Below, one piece after another: positions 25,495-39,479 of a stretch of 64,000 nucleotides of DNA (the stretch's first letter is position 1; every line of letters begins with the position of its first letter). Source of the stretch: Lama glama (lineage: Eukaryota); NCBI GenBank assembly GCA_028534125.1, contig CM052817.1, positions 56,174,001 to 56,238,000 on the forward strand. Direction: 5' to 3'. The notes beneath the pieces are model-generated. The model saw only the letters and a list, made by a program, of their open reading frames with translations. It did no database searches and was not told the DNA's origin. Position numbers and translations under genes: made by a program.

Positions 25495-25640
25495 AGGAGT
25501 TGTTAAATTACAGGTGACAGGGCCCACCTACAGAGTTTCTGATTTAGAAGAACTATTTTATGGCCCAAGAATTTGCATTTTTAACAAGCCCCTAAGTTGA
25601 TTGCAATCCAGTTAGCACTGATGATATTTTAGGAAAATAT
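25495..25640. mobile_element. MER5-like hAT-Charlie MITE fragment
   Basis: gggcccacctacagagtttctgattt...ggcccaagaatttgcatttttaacaag is typical of MER5. Confidence 0.75.
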
Positions 25641-27984
25641 GTCCTAGACTAGATAGAGCATCACACATAGGCTTGATTCCCCACCCTCAAGCCCCCTTCC
25701 CCCAGGTCTTCATCTGGTATTTAGAGTGCTTGCTAATTCCTGTTGTTAAATTTGCTTAAGATATTTCTTAATGCTGTGTAATTTTTATAAATATCTCACC
25801 TCTTATTGCTTGACAGTTCTGTTTTCCAGAGTGCCAGTGTATACCTAAGACCAATTTTTCATTCTTTTCAAGCTCCTGCTGCCGTGGCTCTCACTTTCTT
25901 CAGATGTCCTAGCTCTCTACTCTCCCGAGGTGTAAGACCTATCAGTAATGAGCTTCCTCAACTCCCCTTGTTCCTTTTCCTCTCCAAGTGACTATTTCCA
26001 CTAGCTCTGAGCAGATTTTTTGACACCAATTATAGAAAGAAGAGCTTCTACATTTTTCCAAGGTTCGCCTCCTCACATATTTTCTTGATCCTATCTTTTG
26101 TTTCTTTCCAGGGATCTTGCTAAATTAATTTTCACGTAAGTTTTTATTTGACAAATAATTACTGACAAACTACTATGAGTCAGATCCAAATACAAGGAGC
26201 CTCCTTCTTTCACAAATTAAACTTTTTTTTTTGCCCATGACTCTTAAATATCACACTTGTGAATTCTTGCCACAGTCTAAAATACTTTCCCTTCTTACTT
26301 CCACTTCCTAAAGAACAAAATATCCTTCCTTCATCCCGTTAGGTAACTGCTTCAGAGAGCATCTCATCCCCATTACTATCACCTTTAGCCATCTGAGCTT
26401 GCCACATGCTACTGCCATTCTTCTGTTCGGTACATTGTCCTTAATTACCACCTCCTTGTATCCTCTTCCACTTCTTGGTACCACTTGATACTTCATGAAT
26501 CTGTTCTCATAATTTCTGAGAAGCTGAAGTTTCTGTGTCATTTTATACTATCTTTTCTCATTATCATTCCCTAACACATTCCCAAAGTTCTGTCCACAGT
26601 CTTGAGTTTTCTTTCCTGGCATTCTCTCCCTTGGCAATCTCAACCATAAAATAAGTGCAGTTATCCATAACTCAGAGAAGTAATATCTGTTAGAGGGAAC
26701 TCTGTAGGTAATGTTTATTGCACAGTTTCTGGCATACATGGTGCATTCATTACAGATATTAAGTGGCTATTATTGCTGTGGATGCTATTAATAGTAGTCA
26801 TTATTGTGAATACTTCTGAAGCGCCATTGTTTTTCTGAAGCTCCAGACGTGCATTTTTCTATTTTTTGCTGACAACACTTGAAAGAATCATTTGTGATTC
26901 AAACTAAAAGCAGCTATGTCTAAAATATTATCACTTATACCTTCATCGGTTTTGAGACTTCCACTACTTAGATGGTTTCCCACCATTACGTTTTTCCCAC
27001 TGATAACTTTAATCTTGGTAATAAACCCACAAATATTCAATTGGAGAATACAATGCATTTTTCGGTGTACCTGGGAAAAATTTTTTTTCCAAGGAAAAAA
27101 AAAATTCTAGATTACTGTCATATGGGAGGACTTCCTAAGAAGCATGTTCATGTCCCTGGCTTAGTAGCACAAAAGGGAACCTTGTTGCTGGAATATGGCT
27201 TGTGTTCTTAGAGAAGGCCTTATAACTGAAGACCATATGGGACCCTATTTATAGAAATGTTCTAAAGGACATCTACAGGTAATAATTTTGTGGAATTGAA
27301 GTGTTTTCCATTAATATAGTTTTAATTTAGTTCACTTCACATGGGAAATTAATTAGTTTGCTATCTAAGGGTAATCAAAATAGACAGTGTCATATTCTTC
27401 TGGATATAAACACATATACATATTTTTGAACTAACAAACGAAACATTTTTTGAGTTATAAGCTATGGGGAACTGAGTCAACCACTAGGAATTAATTGACA
27501 AACGTGGATCCTTTCCCTGTAACAAAATTTGCACTCTGTTGAAGGAGATACATCAGTTATAGTACAGATTGGTCAGTTAAATAGGTGAAATACGAGGTGC
27601 TATAAAAGCAAATAAAGACATTTTTTGCTAAATTTACATGATCTTATTCTCTAAGACATAATCTAAAGTGATATCTAATAGATAAGAAAAAATAGCTAAA
27701 TAAACTATTATCTGTATAGCTAATATTCCTGTGTACAACATTATGGTCCTGATGCTAAACTCATTATTATCAGAATAAAACCGAAGAACCAAACCATGAA
27801 TCAATTTAGGGTTATCAATTGTGTCAGTATCTAGGGAAAAATGAATAGACTTCAAATGCCCAATTAACAAATTTGAAAATTGTTTAAGGTATGAACTCAA
27901 AAATCTCAGATAAGTGTAAAGAAGAATTCTTAATTCTTATGAGCTCCAAGCTCATCGTTTAGTTTCTCTGTCTCACTCCTAAAT

Positions 27985-29525
27985 GAGCCATTCCTCCAAA
28001 GGAATCTTTGTTCCTTTTATTGGAGAATGGTATTAGAAACCAAGTGTTGGGCTGGCTCGTGGCTGTTGGGGTATCACTAATTCTGGGCCCTCTATGTGGA
28101 CAAAGTTAGGAAATATATATCTTCTAACCAATGTATAGACACACATCTATGATTATTTCATTATATATTAAGCTTAAAAAGTCCATACTGATGTCTCCAA
28201 TTCTAATGCAGCAGATATTGGTTCATTCCAGTCTTCTTTGCTTATCTGTAACTTCCCCGTCCAACACTGAGAAACCTGTCTCCAACTGTTCACCATCTAC
28301 CATCCGTTTACTTGCTTATTCAACTCCAGTATATGTGAAAAAGAGTTTGAGAATTGTTAACCCATTCCTTTGTGAGAAACATTTTGATTTCCAGTGAAAA
28401 CACCATTTTTCAGTTACTTGAATCAATTATCATTTTTACCTGCCCTCTTCAGGGAGATTATGCTCTACATTTATAATACAATTACTGTCTTTTGTAACAG
28501 TTTGCTTTCCATCCTGTGATCCCTGAACTCCTGGTTGATTTTTTAAAGTTATATACATTAAAATTAATTATTTGCAACGTACAGTTCTATAGATTTTGCA
28601 AAATGTATGGAGTCATGGGTCTACCACCTCAAAACCATAGAGAGAACTTTAATCACCCTAAAAATTATCCTATGTGTTCTGTTTTACTCAACTACTCCCA
28701 ATTCTCCAACCCCTGGTAACCACTGATTTGTTTCCCAGCCATATAATTTTGCTTTTTCATGAGTGTCATATGAATTCCTATAGTATGTAGCCCTTTGTGT
28801 CTGACATCTTACTCTCAGCGAGATAAATTTTAGATTCGTTTTCTTGAAGTTTGTTATTGTTGTTGTTTGCATATAGATATGTACAATTGTTCCAGCATCA
28901 ATTTTTGATTTTTTTGAAGTGGCAGTTGTTTCTCCATTGAAATGATTTTGCATCTTTGTCAAAATACAATTGGCTGTATTGGTGTGAGTTTGTTTCTAGG
29001 CTCCCTATCCTATTCCATTCATCCGTGTCTATCCTTCCACCAATACCTGCTTGGTTACTATAGATTCATGGTAGTTCTTAATGCCAGGCAATGTGAGTCT
29101 TCTGACTGTTCTTTTTTCAGAATTGATTTGGCTATTTAGTACCTTTGGCTTTTCCATGTAAATTTTGGAATCAACCTCATATTTCCAAAAACCAATTGGC
29201 AGAATTTTCACTGGGATTACATTGAACCTTTAAGTAAAAGGGTATTGAAATCTTAACAATGTTGAATTTTCCAGTGCATTAGCAAAGTATATCTCCCAAT
29301 TTATTTAGATCATCTTTTATTTCTTTCATCAGTGTGTTGTCATTTTCAGCACACAAATTATGCATTTATTTTGTTAGCTTTATACTTATTTTGTTTTATT
29401 TATATTTTATTTATTTAGGCCTATTATATTTTTTATTTAAGAATTTTCTTGTTCACTGCTGGTATATAGGAATCCAATTGACTAAAGTCAGTTGACTTTG
29501 TGACTTTTTACTTTTATAAACTCAC
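27985..29525 (-). mobile_element. Old LINE-1 (L1MD/L1MC-like) ORF2 and 3' fragments, antisense
   Basis: ttttattggagaatggtattagaaaccaag; minus-strand peptide KILPIGFW..VDSKIYMEK resembles ORF2p. Confidence 0.8.
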
Positions 29526-31284
29526 TCATAGTTAAAGCTATGGAATGGGACTGTATCATCTGGGAAGAAGATATCTCTATGTTCAACAAATGATTGAATT
29601 TTTAAACTTATTTGTAGAAGTCATTTATTTTTTATTTTGTCACAGTAAAATTTTGTTTTGAGGAATGAGAAAAGGAGTGGACTGTCCAATTATGTTAATT
29701 CTATTTGCACATTAATGGAATTTGTGTAAATTGTTTATTCAGAAAATGGAGGAAATATAGCAGAGGAGATATCAGAAGACAGTAGTGTAACAAGTCTGAA
29801 TACAACAGCATGGTACAACTAATTCATAGTGCTCTCGAAAGTTAGCCAAGTACATGTGCTCAAAATAGGTTAAATTTTTTTTCTCTATAGTTGTTAATGT
29901 GCTTTGAGATTATTAATGATTCACTCACATATTCAATCAATCTGTAAGTTTGAGTAGAATGAATTTGGAGAGGCTTCTTGTAATAATGACCTAAAGTAAC
30001 TCTGTGACATAAGTTTTTCCAAGGACAATTTGGATGGCTTCCGACAGTGTTCACTCAAATATTATGATTATTAAATTCTAAGCCACTGACTCTAAACTGA
30101 TTGAGATAATGTGAAAGAATTGTATTTGAATTTTGGTAAAATATGTCACCAGCTTAAATGTCTGTGGCAGGACTTAAAGTTTAAGTAGGTAAAATATTAT
30201 ATAATTTCTCTAAACATTAGGATATATTTCACATACATAAATATAAGTGAAAGTCAAAAAATAAATTTGAGCCATAAAAAGTATCACACTGATAAACTTT
30301 AATACAATTAAATGTTATTTTTTGTAGCAATTGAAACACTATAAATAAAGTTAAAAAGTTGGATTTAAAAAATTTTTTCAGTTGAATCAGAAAACTATAT
30401 CATAAAGCCAGTAATGATAAATCTTGTTTCTCTTTTTTTTATATATACCATTTTTTATAAAATGGGGTATAAACATCAAATTGGTATTTAATAACATTAA
30501 TACAAGTAATTAGTTATGATCATGGACATTTTAAACTATTTAGTTGCTTATCAAGTAGTTGTTATGTCTAATTTTATTATTTCTCTTGAAGCTTAGAATA
30601 TTAAAATAGCATTTGTTCTCAAGTGTAAATTCTAGCTAAATGAATATACACAACATGCAAACTACAAGAGCAAAATTTTCCTTAGAAATAAAATGGGTCA
30701 AATTGATCGTGTCTTGTATTTTTCACAGAGTTATTGTGAGAAATGGAATATATTATTATGGTTTTAAAAAGTATGTTAGCTGAAGGATTATGTGGTGAGA
30801 TAAAATTTTGCAGCATTAACCAATGTGGATCTATGTGTTTTCTTGGCTGTGTTATCTTTTATTTTCCCTTCATTTAACCTTTCAGTCTTCAACCATTCAA
30901 ACTATAACTTGGCTTCCATTCTCCAGAGAAGTTAGACCATAGCTCAAATGAAAACTGGAAACAAACAAACAAATCATGTTGTGGTATTCCAACTTTCAAA
31001 GTCAGGGGCTTCCCATAAATAGCAGTTTGAGTAAATAACTAAATTCTTGTCTGTTGGTTTTCTTATCTTCTCCTGTGGGTTGGGAAAGGATATAATCAGA
31101 AATAAATTTGAAGACTTTATTCTTGAGGTGATCCTCAGAACAATCTCAACACCCTTCTCTCAGACTAAACTTTGAAGGTGGTGGTAATAAAACTATAGAT
31201 AGTTTTTGGTACCAAGAAACTGAACAAGCCTGTGCCTTATTTCTAATCTTATATTTGGTAAGCAATAGAATTTCAGATCCCCAC

Positions 31285-31346
31285 TGTATTAGTCAGGGTT
31301 CTCCAGAGAATAAGCACCAATAAGGTATAGACAGATGGAAGGATGA

Positions 31347-31403
<57 letters not shown>

Positions 31404-31964
31404 AAGATATAGATATAGATGACACAGAATAGATATAGATATAGATAACATAAGAAGAGATTTATTATAGGGATTGGTTCATGTGGTTAGGGAGTCTGAG
31501 AAGTCCAAGGATCGGCCATTTGGAAGCTGGAGAACCAACCAGAAAAGCTGGTGGTATAATCCAATCCAAGTCCAATCCAAGTCCAAAGGGAGCCAGTGGT
31601 ATGACTCCTTATCTGAGGTCAAAGGCCTGAGAACCAGAGGGCTACTAGTTCAAGTCCCAGAGTCCGAAAGCATGAGAATCAGAAAGTTTCATGTCCAAAA
31701 GCAAGGGAGGATAAATGTCTCAGCTAAAAAAGATGGAAAATTTTACTCTTCCTTAGTGCATTTGATCTATGTGAGCCCCTAATGGATTGGATGATAGCTT
31801 CCCACATTGGGAAGAGTGAACCTCTCTCTACTCACACTACTGAATCAAATGCTAATATCTTCCAGAAACATCTACACAGATACATTCAGAAATAATGTTT
31901 TACCAGTTATCTGGGCATTCTTTAGGCTAGTCAAGTTGACATAAAATTAAATAAACATCATACA
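31285..31964 (-). mobile_element. MLT2 (ERVL) solo LTR
   Basis: Characteristic ends tgtattagtcagggttctccagaga and gtcaagttgacataaaattaa...catca. Confidence 0.9.
31348..31403. repeat. Perfect (TAGA)n tetranucleotide microsatellite, ~14 units
   Basis: Seen directly, inside the MLT2 LTR. Confidence 0.95.
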
Positions 31965-33809
31965 CAGAACCACCCAGCATGATATATTGGCAGAAGATTA
32001 GGCATGGTTATAAGTTGCATCAGAGGCATCCCACCAAGTATTTTCTGGAACCCCTAGTCCTAAAAGGCAGCTAAACTCTTCTGTTTCTCTGATGAATAGT
32101 TACAAGTTTATTGAGAAGAAAAGGGGAATCAAAAATATCCAATGATTATGATGAGAGTTTGCTGCAGTATGAAACAGTGTGGACCATATAGCTGGAAACA
32201 CGGAGATCTGAATGGATGCCAATGGTAAAGTTTGAGGCTAACCGTGAGCTAGATAGATAATATAATTTTTAACAAATACCAGTATAGACTGACATCAACC
32301 AATAGCAGATGACTCCATACCTAATGCCTATTTCCTGAAACTTAGACGCTACCCCAGGGGAAAAGAAAGAGGGGGAAGAATCCTGAATTTGGAGAGATTA
32401 CATGAAATTCACAAAGATTATATTTTCTGTCATTAAATTGCCAATGTATTATAAATAGAATTAATTTATAGAACAATATACTTCTTTTATATTTTTCACA
32501 TCTCAGTATGGATATTATAATCGCCATACCAATTATAGCAAAGATACAACCAATGCTAGGGAAAAAATTTAGTACTGTAAGATAAATGTTAAACTCATAC
32601 GTAAAAAAAAAATTCTCACATTTAGCAGCATTTTAAAACAGAGGATAGAAAGATTAGATGGCTAGATATTCATATAGGTATATGAAAAACACAAGTGAAC
32701 CTAAGTTTTATTTCAATTGTCAAGTAATTTAAGAAGCAAGATGGTATAGTCTAATATTTGTCTAGTTACCATATTGCATAGTTATTAGTATTTCATAATG
32801 TTAGTCAGGGCACCAGTTTTGTATTTTACCCTGTTGTTTAGAATAGGGTAACAGTACTTAGAGTTAGTAAGCCTGAGGGCCCTCTTGTATTGCAAAGATG
32901 GGTCTCATATTCAATTATCATCATAAACTCCGTTTAGATAGCATTCGTATTCTGAAGTTTCTTAAGCCACTAAGTATAACCAGGTGGTTTAAAAACTTAT
33001 ATTTATTGTGTATATGATATTTTATTTATGTAGCATGTACATAATTGTGAATATTTACCTACAAAAACCGAGTGTCCAGTACTGATTGAAAAATATTTAC
33101 TTGGCTGGGATCTTTAAATTTACTTGATGTTAGCTAAATCCAGGCTTCACTCTACCTACATTAGGATGGTATGAAAGTAAACTAAATTTAGAGGGAATAG
33201 TCAAAGATCTTTATGATATTTATTAATAGTGACTTAAAGGAAGACTGGTAACTTCTATTGTCTTTGTGTGTATCACTGGGGATACTAAAGTCACAATCAT
33301 AAACTCCAATTCACTGATACCAAAGTCATGAAAGGATACCAACCTGTTATGACTGCCATTATACACTTTAAAGTGAGTAAGCCTATGTTCAAAGTGCCTG
33401 CACAAACAACAACAACCTCTAATTAATCTAAGTAGATAAATAGATTGATAAATAGATAATATTCATATAGTATATATAAAAAAAGACAGGTAAACCTGAG
33501 TTTTATTTCAATTGCTAAATACCTTAAGAAGCAAGATAGTGTAAAGATCTATCGATCTATCAATCAATCGATCAATCTGTAAGTATGGTATCAGTTATGA
33601 AGGAGGTAATACTTTTGATTTATTTTGTTAAAGTCTTTTTAATTTCATTTCTGAGAGAATTAAATGATCCTAGTATATTTTCCAGCTCTAAAGTTCTATG
33701 ATTTGCTTATTATTATTTGCTGAAGAACTTTCAGAAAATTGTTTTTTTCAGCTGAAAGGATAATCTTAATTGGCAGTAGGTGATTTTTTCCATTAATAGG
33801 AAACTACCT

Positions 33810-34040
33810 GGCATAGGATAAAATAACAATTCTAGAATCAGGTATAATTGAGTTTGATTGCCAGCACCAACAACACTCTAGCAACGTGAATTTGGGCAGC
33901 CTACTATCAGAAAAACTGTGTTTTCTCACACATAAATTTATCTTGAATTTTTATTGGGAGGAATGACAAGGAATGCATAAAAATTGTGTAGCCCAAAAAA
34001 TCACTCATGATAGACACTCAATAAGTGGCAGCTATTGCTA
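33810..34040 (+). mobile_element. Diverged MIR SINE
   Basis: tctagaatcagg...gtgaatttgggcag...atagacactcaataagtggcagcta. Confidence 0.55.
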
Positions 34041-35780
34041 TAGTGTCAGAGCATAATAATTAAGTACGTCAAACACAGTATCTCACAGGTAGCTTTTTAA
34101 TAGATAGTTATTGAACAAATTAAGCAACTCTAACAGTACCTATATTAATGGTCAATACTATTTTAAGAGGCTTTTTATTATATCTAATTTCTTTGTAAGA
34201 GATAGGACTTACCCTGCAGTATATTTACCTGCATGTGAATTATGTTACCAGGGATCTCCACTCCCACCTCAAAGGTAATGCTGGGAGGATTTAGGAGCTC
34301 TAAGTCCTTTGAGCTCCATGGGGGAATGGTGCCACAAAAATACAAAAGGCTACTTGCACATGTATCACTGAAGTACCATGGGACCCATGAAATTGTATCA
34401 CAGTCGGCCTTCTATCACTGAAGGATGACTTTAGGAATTGACTATGCAGGCCCTCAGTGCAGTTTGGGTTAAAAGGTAGAAAAGTCAAACCGCAAGGCCA
34501 AAGATGATATTCCCTGAATAATGAAGAGTTGTTTGAATGTTCTGCCTCACATACCCTGTGAGTAATGAACAGCTTTGTCATGCTCTGAGTCACATATCCA
34601 AAAACCAGACTCCAATGATTGCTACTTCCTTTTATCTAATTGTCATATTTAACATTTCAGTTATATCTACCTCAGTGGGTAAATTCATTTACTGATGAGA
34701 TCTGAATGCTTTATAAAGGTTATTGCCAAAAGTACCAGCTACTCAAATGAGCAGTTAGACCAGCATTTCACTGCAGCAGACATATTTTTATCTTCCTTTT
34801 AATACACTAGCAATTTGTTGGTAGTTGCCTTTCCAATTTTTGTTTGATATAACACAAAAAATGACACAGTTCTACTAGGAAAACTCCTTTTAAACCAGCC
34901 ATTGCTAGGTTACGGAAATAACACTTAAAATTATTTGTTAGATTTTTGGTAAAAAAGACACAACACACGTGTCCCATGTCTTCCTCCCTCTTCCTGCTTG
35001 AGGCCTTGAATTACAAGGTTTATATTGCCAAGCCTGCTGGGAATTTTCTAAGCAAAAGGGGAAATTTCTTCTCTCTCTATTTGTTTAGCTTCATTACTAT
35101 TCAGTTAATTATATACAGAAAATAAAAGAGTTTCAGAGGTAGCTGGAGTACACCATAGTTTGTGTTAAAACTGTACCTACCCAGTTGCAAAACAGTGGGG
35201 CAAGATTATATTGATTGCACAGTATAAGAAATTTACTTTATTATTTTTAAGATCACAAATCAAAATCAAGAAACAATTTTGTAGATCATAAAGGTTTTGT
35301 TGCTAATACTAAGATGAGCTTTCATAACTATGGCTCTCTAAAACTTGCACTAGTTTGAAAAAATGTTCTGTCCATCAATATCTATATTGAAGGTTGCTGT
35401 CTCATATACAACTGCATAAAGTACACTGTCACCAGCAGATAACAACTACTCCATTGGAAAGATGCAATAGGTAAATGACTTTTGCTTCTCTTCTGCTCTT
35501 GTCACGTAAGATTTTCTGTCCTTCTGCCTTTAGCCACATGATTGGCTTGGCGAGGATTGGCTAAACCTGTTCTTTGTACTCCCTCGGTGTTGATCTGGCC
35601 TGGCAGAACTGAGAGATTTACCAGCCTAAGTCGTTGTCACAGCTCCAGCCTCTGCCTCATCTTCATCCTACTCATCCTCTCCCAAACTCCATCCTTCTCT
35701 TCATTCCAAAGCTTCTATGGAGGCCTGTTGCTATTATAAATTGCCCAGTAGAGTCTGGAACTGATTTTACCTTGAAATGT

Positions 35781-35813
35781 GCCTGGATTTTGTGTGTGTG
35801 TGTGTGTGTGTGT
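35781..35813. repeat. (TG)n microsatellite
   Basis: Seen directly. Confidence 0.9.
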
Positions 35814-36549
35814 CATGAGCATCTATTTGCAACTTTGCTTTTTTCCATACTGGTATAAGTAGACATGGCCTTAGGAGGAGAATTTTCATCGCCATAGAGT
35901 TTCCCCATGTAATATATTAATCCCTTGCCCTGATTTGACCACCTCTTCCAGTTAAACCTTAGAACTAAAAATAATGCAGCATGAATGTTTCATATTGAGG
36001 AAAATAAGAAAATTATGTAGACTTGTGTTTTGTTCTTTAAAGAGTCAGGAAAAAGAGACAAGAACAAACAATTACAGTGGAAAAATCATTTTTTATGTGT
36101 TGTTTTGAGGGGAGGGGGAAGTAAGGAAGGAGAAAGAAAAGAAAGAATATGGATATCACAGGAATGTCTTGGGATTTAGAACTGTTCTTAAGGGACAAAT
36201 GTACCTAGCATCCCAGGTTAGAACTGTCAAGACAATTTTCTATGAACCAGTGTTAAATCTTTCATCAATTATTTAACTCGTATATGATTACAAATTATAC
36301 GTTTAATTGGCAAATGTTATTTTAATGACCATGGAGCCAAATGATTTTAGGACATGAATTCTGGCCTGAGACTTGTCTAAGTTTTGATTCCAATACATAC
36401 TAAATGATGTTAGATAAGAAACTTCAATCATTCAGCTATTTAATCCATATTTAAGAGTTTTCAGTTCACTGAAAAAAAAATACACAAAGTAGGTATAGCA
36501 CTTGCCTTCATGGACCTTTTAACCTGGAGGAAAAAATCAGAGATAAGAG

Positions 36550-36920
36550 CCCTTATTAATGGAACATACTATATGCCAGTCACATGTTACATACATTATG
36601 ATATTTAATCATGAAAACAAACCTGTGTGATGCTTACTACCTTTATATAGATCTGAAAGCTGAGGCTTACTAAATCACACAATTAGCAGATTTAAAAATA
36701 GGAATTGTATCAAATTGTTAGATTGTAGACTACATACTCTCTATCACAAACCAACTCTCTAAGCTTTAGTTTTTTGTCTTCTATAAAATGAGGATAATAA
36801 TATTAATTACCCTATAAAGTTATTGTGAAATTGAATGAGATAGACCATTAAAATGGCCTCACACAGTAGCTGGCATGTAAAAAGTGCTTGATCAGTGTTA
36901 TGTAACATGATTGTTATTTT
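36550..36920. mobile_element. Two adjacent MIR fragments in opposite orientation
   Basis: Minus: tttatatagatctgaaagctgaggctt; plus: tctataaaatgaggataataat...ttattgtgaaattgaatgagat. Confidence 0.7.
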
Positions 36921-37299
36921 TGTTACATAAAAGGAAAATGTTAAACAATCTACATCAGGTTCTCAGGGGACTACATGCAAAATTGTGCAGATAATCCCTA
37001 GGATTTCTTACCACCTATACCTAAACTCTGTCTCAGGTTTGGCTTTGGAAAACCTACACCAAAATACTTCAACCAGTCAATTGATGTCCCTTGTCACTGT
37101 TTCTACTTTTTGCAAAATTGACATGATAACATGTGTTCTTCCTCTCCCTCGGTGCCCTCAGATACAACTTAATGCGGCAGCATTCCCTGCTTGTGTTTTG
37201 GAAGACTCCTTCAGGGAATTTCTGTTTGAGCTGTATGCTTGCTGTAGTTAGTACCTTATACCAACACCTCTACTTCACTCAGATTTGTGATTTATATTT

Positions 37300-37720
37300 A
37301 TGAATTTATTTATTCAGCAGATTTTTATAGAATACCTTTTATAGAATACCTTCTAAATGCCTGACATAATGCTGGGATAGATGGTGAACAGATCTCAGCC
37401 TCAGTTTATAAAAAAACTTATTATGGTTCATTGGTAAAGATTGACCAGTGACTGGAAAATTGCGTTGCATAAAAATAGGGTACTGAAAGTCTAATTCACC
37501 ATTCTATAGGACGAAATACAAAAGGTTCTTAACCAGATGCAGGAATGGGAAAAGACTTTCTTGAAGGGACAATTGATAGGTTAGGAACTAAAGGAAGAGT
37601 AAGAGCTAACCAGACCTAGAAAAGTGCAGAGAAGTAAAAAACACTCCAAAAATTGGAAACAGCAGGGGTGAAGACTCAAGCCCTGAAGCCTCTGAAGAGC
37701 ATTTGGACAACAAAGTTCAA
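37300..37720 (-). mobile_element. LINE-2 3' fragment, antisense
   Basis: tttattcagcagattttta...tgcctgaca..tgctggg and aaaggaagagtaagagctaaccag. Confidence 0.6.
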
Positions 37721-39479
37721 TATAGACAGGATGTACCCTGACCTCTGGGAAATTAAATCATTCAAGAGGAAGCACTTTGAAAAGTGGAATATGCTATGTA
37801 AGTGTTAAAGATTATAATCTCAAATAAATTCTCTCTTGTAAGTAAAAGTAAAAAAAAAAAATACAGGATTAAAAGTCTGTTTAATTTCAAACACTTTATT
37901 ATTTCCCTAGACCGTAGGGAAAACATCTAGCTAAGCTTAAATGCTTTTTATTTCTTCTAAATTTCTCCTTTTATTTTGCACTATGATATTTTGGTACTGT
38001 TCTAGATGTAAAAAATACTGCATGTAACTACTTTTCCCCAAAGAGATTTTTTGAAATTTAATTACACTTGTATTTGGCCCAATTATCTAGTAAAAAGAAA
38101 TGTTATGAGTGTTATACACATTTATTCAGGGCAAAGTTGTCATAACTGCATAAGTAAAAATCAGAAACTCATACATGATAAAATAATCTCACGAATACAT
38201 AATTTACAAAAGATCAGAGAGTAGAGTGAGGGACTTGACTATCTACTGAGAGGAAAGTCACTATATCATAGATTTCCAGTCCCATGATTGGGGAAAGTGC
38301 CTTCTGATAATGAGGCACCGCTGGGGTGGATACAGAGCAGGGATTCTGAGTGCCAGTCCAGTAACAGGCTACATTAGTATACCCTGGATGCCTTTAAAAT
38401 ATAAGTCTTTCCCTTTGAGCTGATGATGTTTGGGGATTTGGATTCCTAGTGTAAGAACCAGGAATTTGGAGTTTTAAAATGAAATATGGAAAAGCGCTGA
38501 CAGAAGCTGCAACATTTAAAATCCTTCTCAATGTAAAATACACTTGACTTTTGATAGCGTACCCTCTGAGCCTCCACTTTTCTGCTGTCCACTGGTAGAA
38601 ATGAGCCATCATACACTTGGGGGAATAGGATTTCTAGATTCAAATGATACTCCCATCTACAGAAGCAGGGTCTGAAAAGATTTGATGGTGACATTTGGGT
38701 CGGTCATGAGTACATGTAATGAGAAGGGGTGTGTCAGGAGGAGGTTCTATAGCTCTCTGGGAGAACCTTTCACTGATTTCTCTTGCTAAGGCTAAGGGTT
38801 TATGATTGCATTCAACTGTAGACTATTTACTGTCATCTAAGTTGAGGCATCAGTTTTGCAAGTGGTTTAGTCATAATTGGCTCCTATCATTTTCTGAGAT
38901 ATGCAAAGATTTGCATGCTTTGAGGAGAAATTTACTGGATAAGAAAGTGAACACAGCTTAATACACATTTGAAATGGTAGACTTGTAACTACAAGGGGAG
39001 AATGACATACATTAGAAAGCCAACAATAGCAGTTTTAGGAAATATTTATCAAATATTATAATTTCTATTACCAAACAAACAAACAAACAAAAAACCCAAC
39101 AAATAATGAAGATGGTCTACCAATTAAAAAGACATTCTTTCATCATTGTGTTAAAAACGACATGAATGTTGGAAAATTAACATAGCTTGTTGAAGTACAG
39201 TAAACATACAGAAAAACAGGGACCATTTATCATCTGAATGAATGAGGTCATAAAATTGAAGTAGAATCAGGATATTCAGTTCAATGTGGTGTAGATAATA
39301 TGCACGGCCTTTCCACATTTCCAAGGCTGTGATTCTTGGATACTCAAAGGGTAACGTTTATAGTATCGAGATCCGGAGAGTCTTTCAGTGTAATTCACCT
39401 CGTCATTAAATGTCTAATTGGAAGTTATATACTGTTGCATCGGATAATAGGATATGAGGAATGTAAACATCCTTTAGTG

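Noticed and set aside
37322..37352. 15-bp tandem duplication (tttttatagaatacc x2); similar micro-duplications near 3165, 52330 and 61890
   Set aside because: Common slippage events with no further structure.
39462..39474. TGTAAACATCCTT matches the 5' end of miR-30 family mature sequences
   Set aside because: The match stops after 13 nt and there is no complementary 3p arm or pre-miRNA-length hairpin; likely chance.
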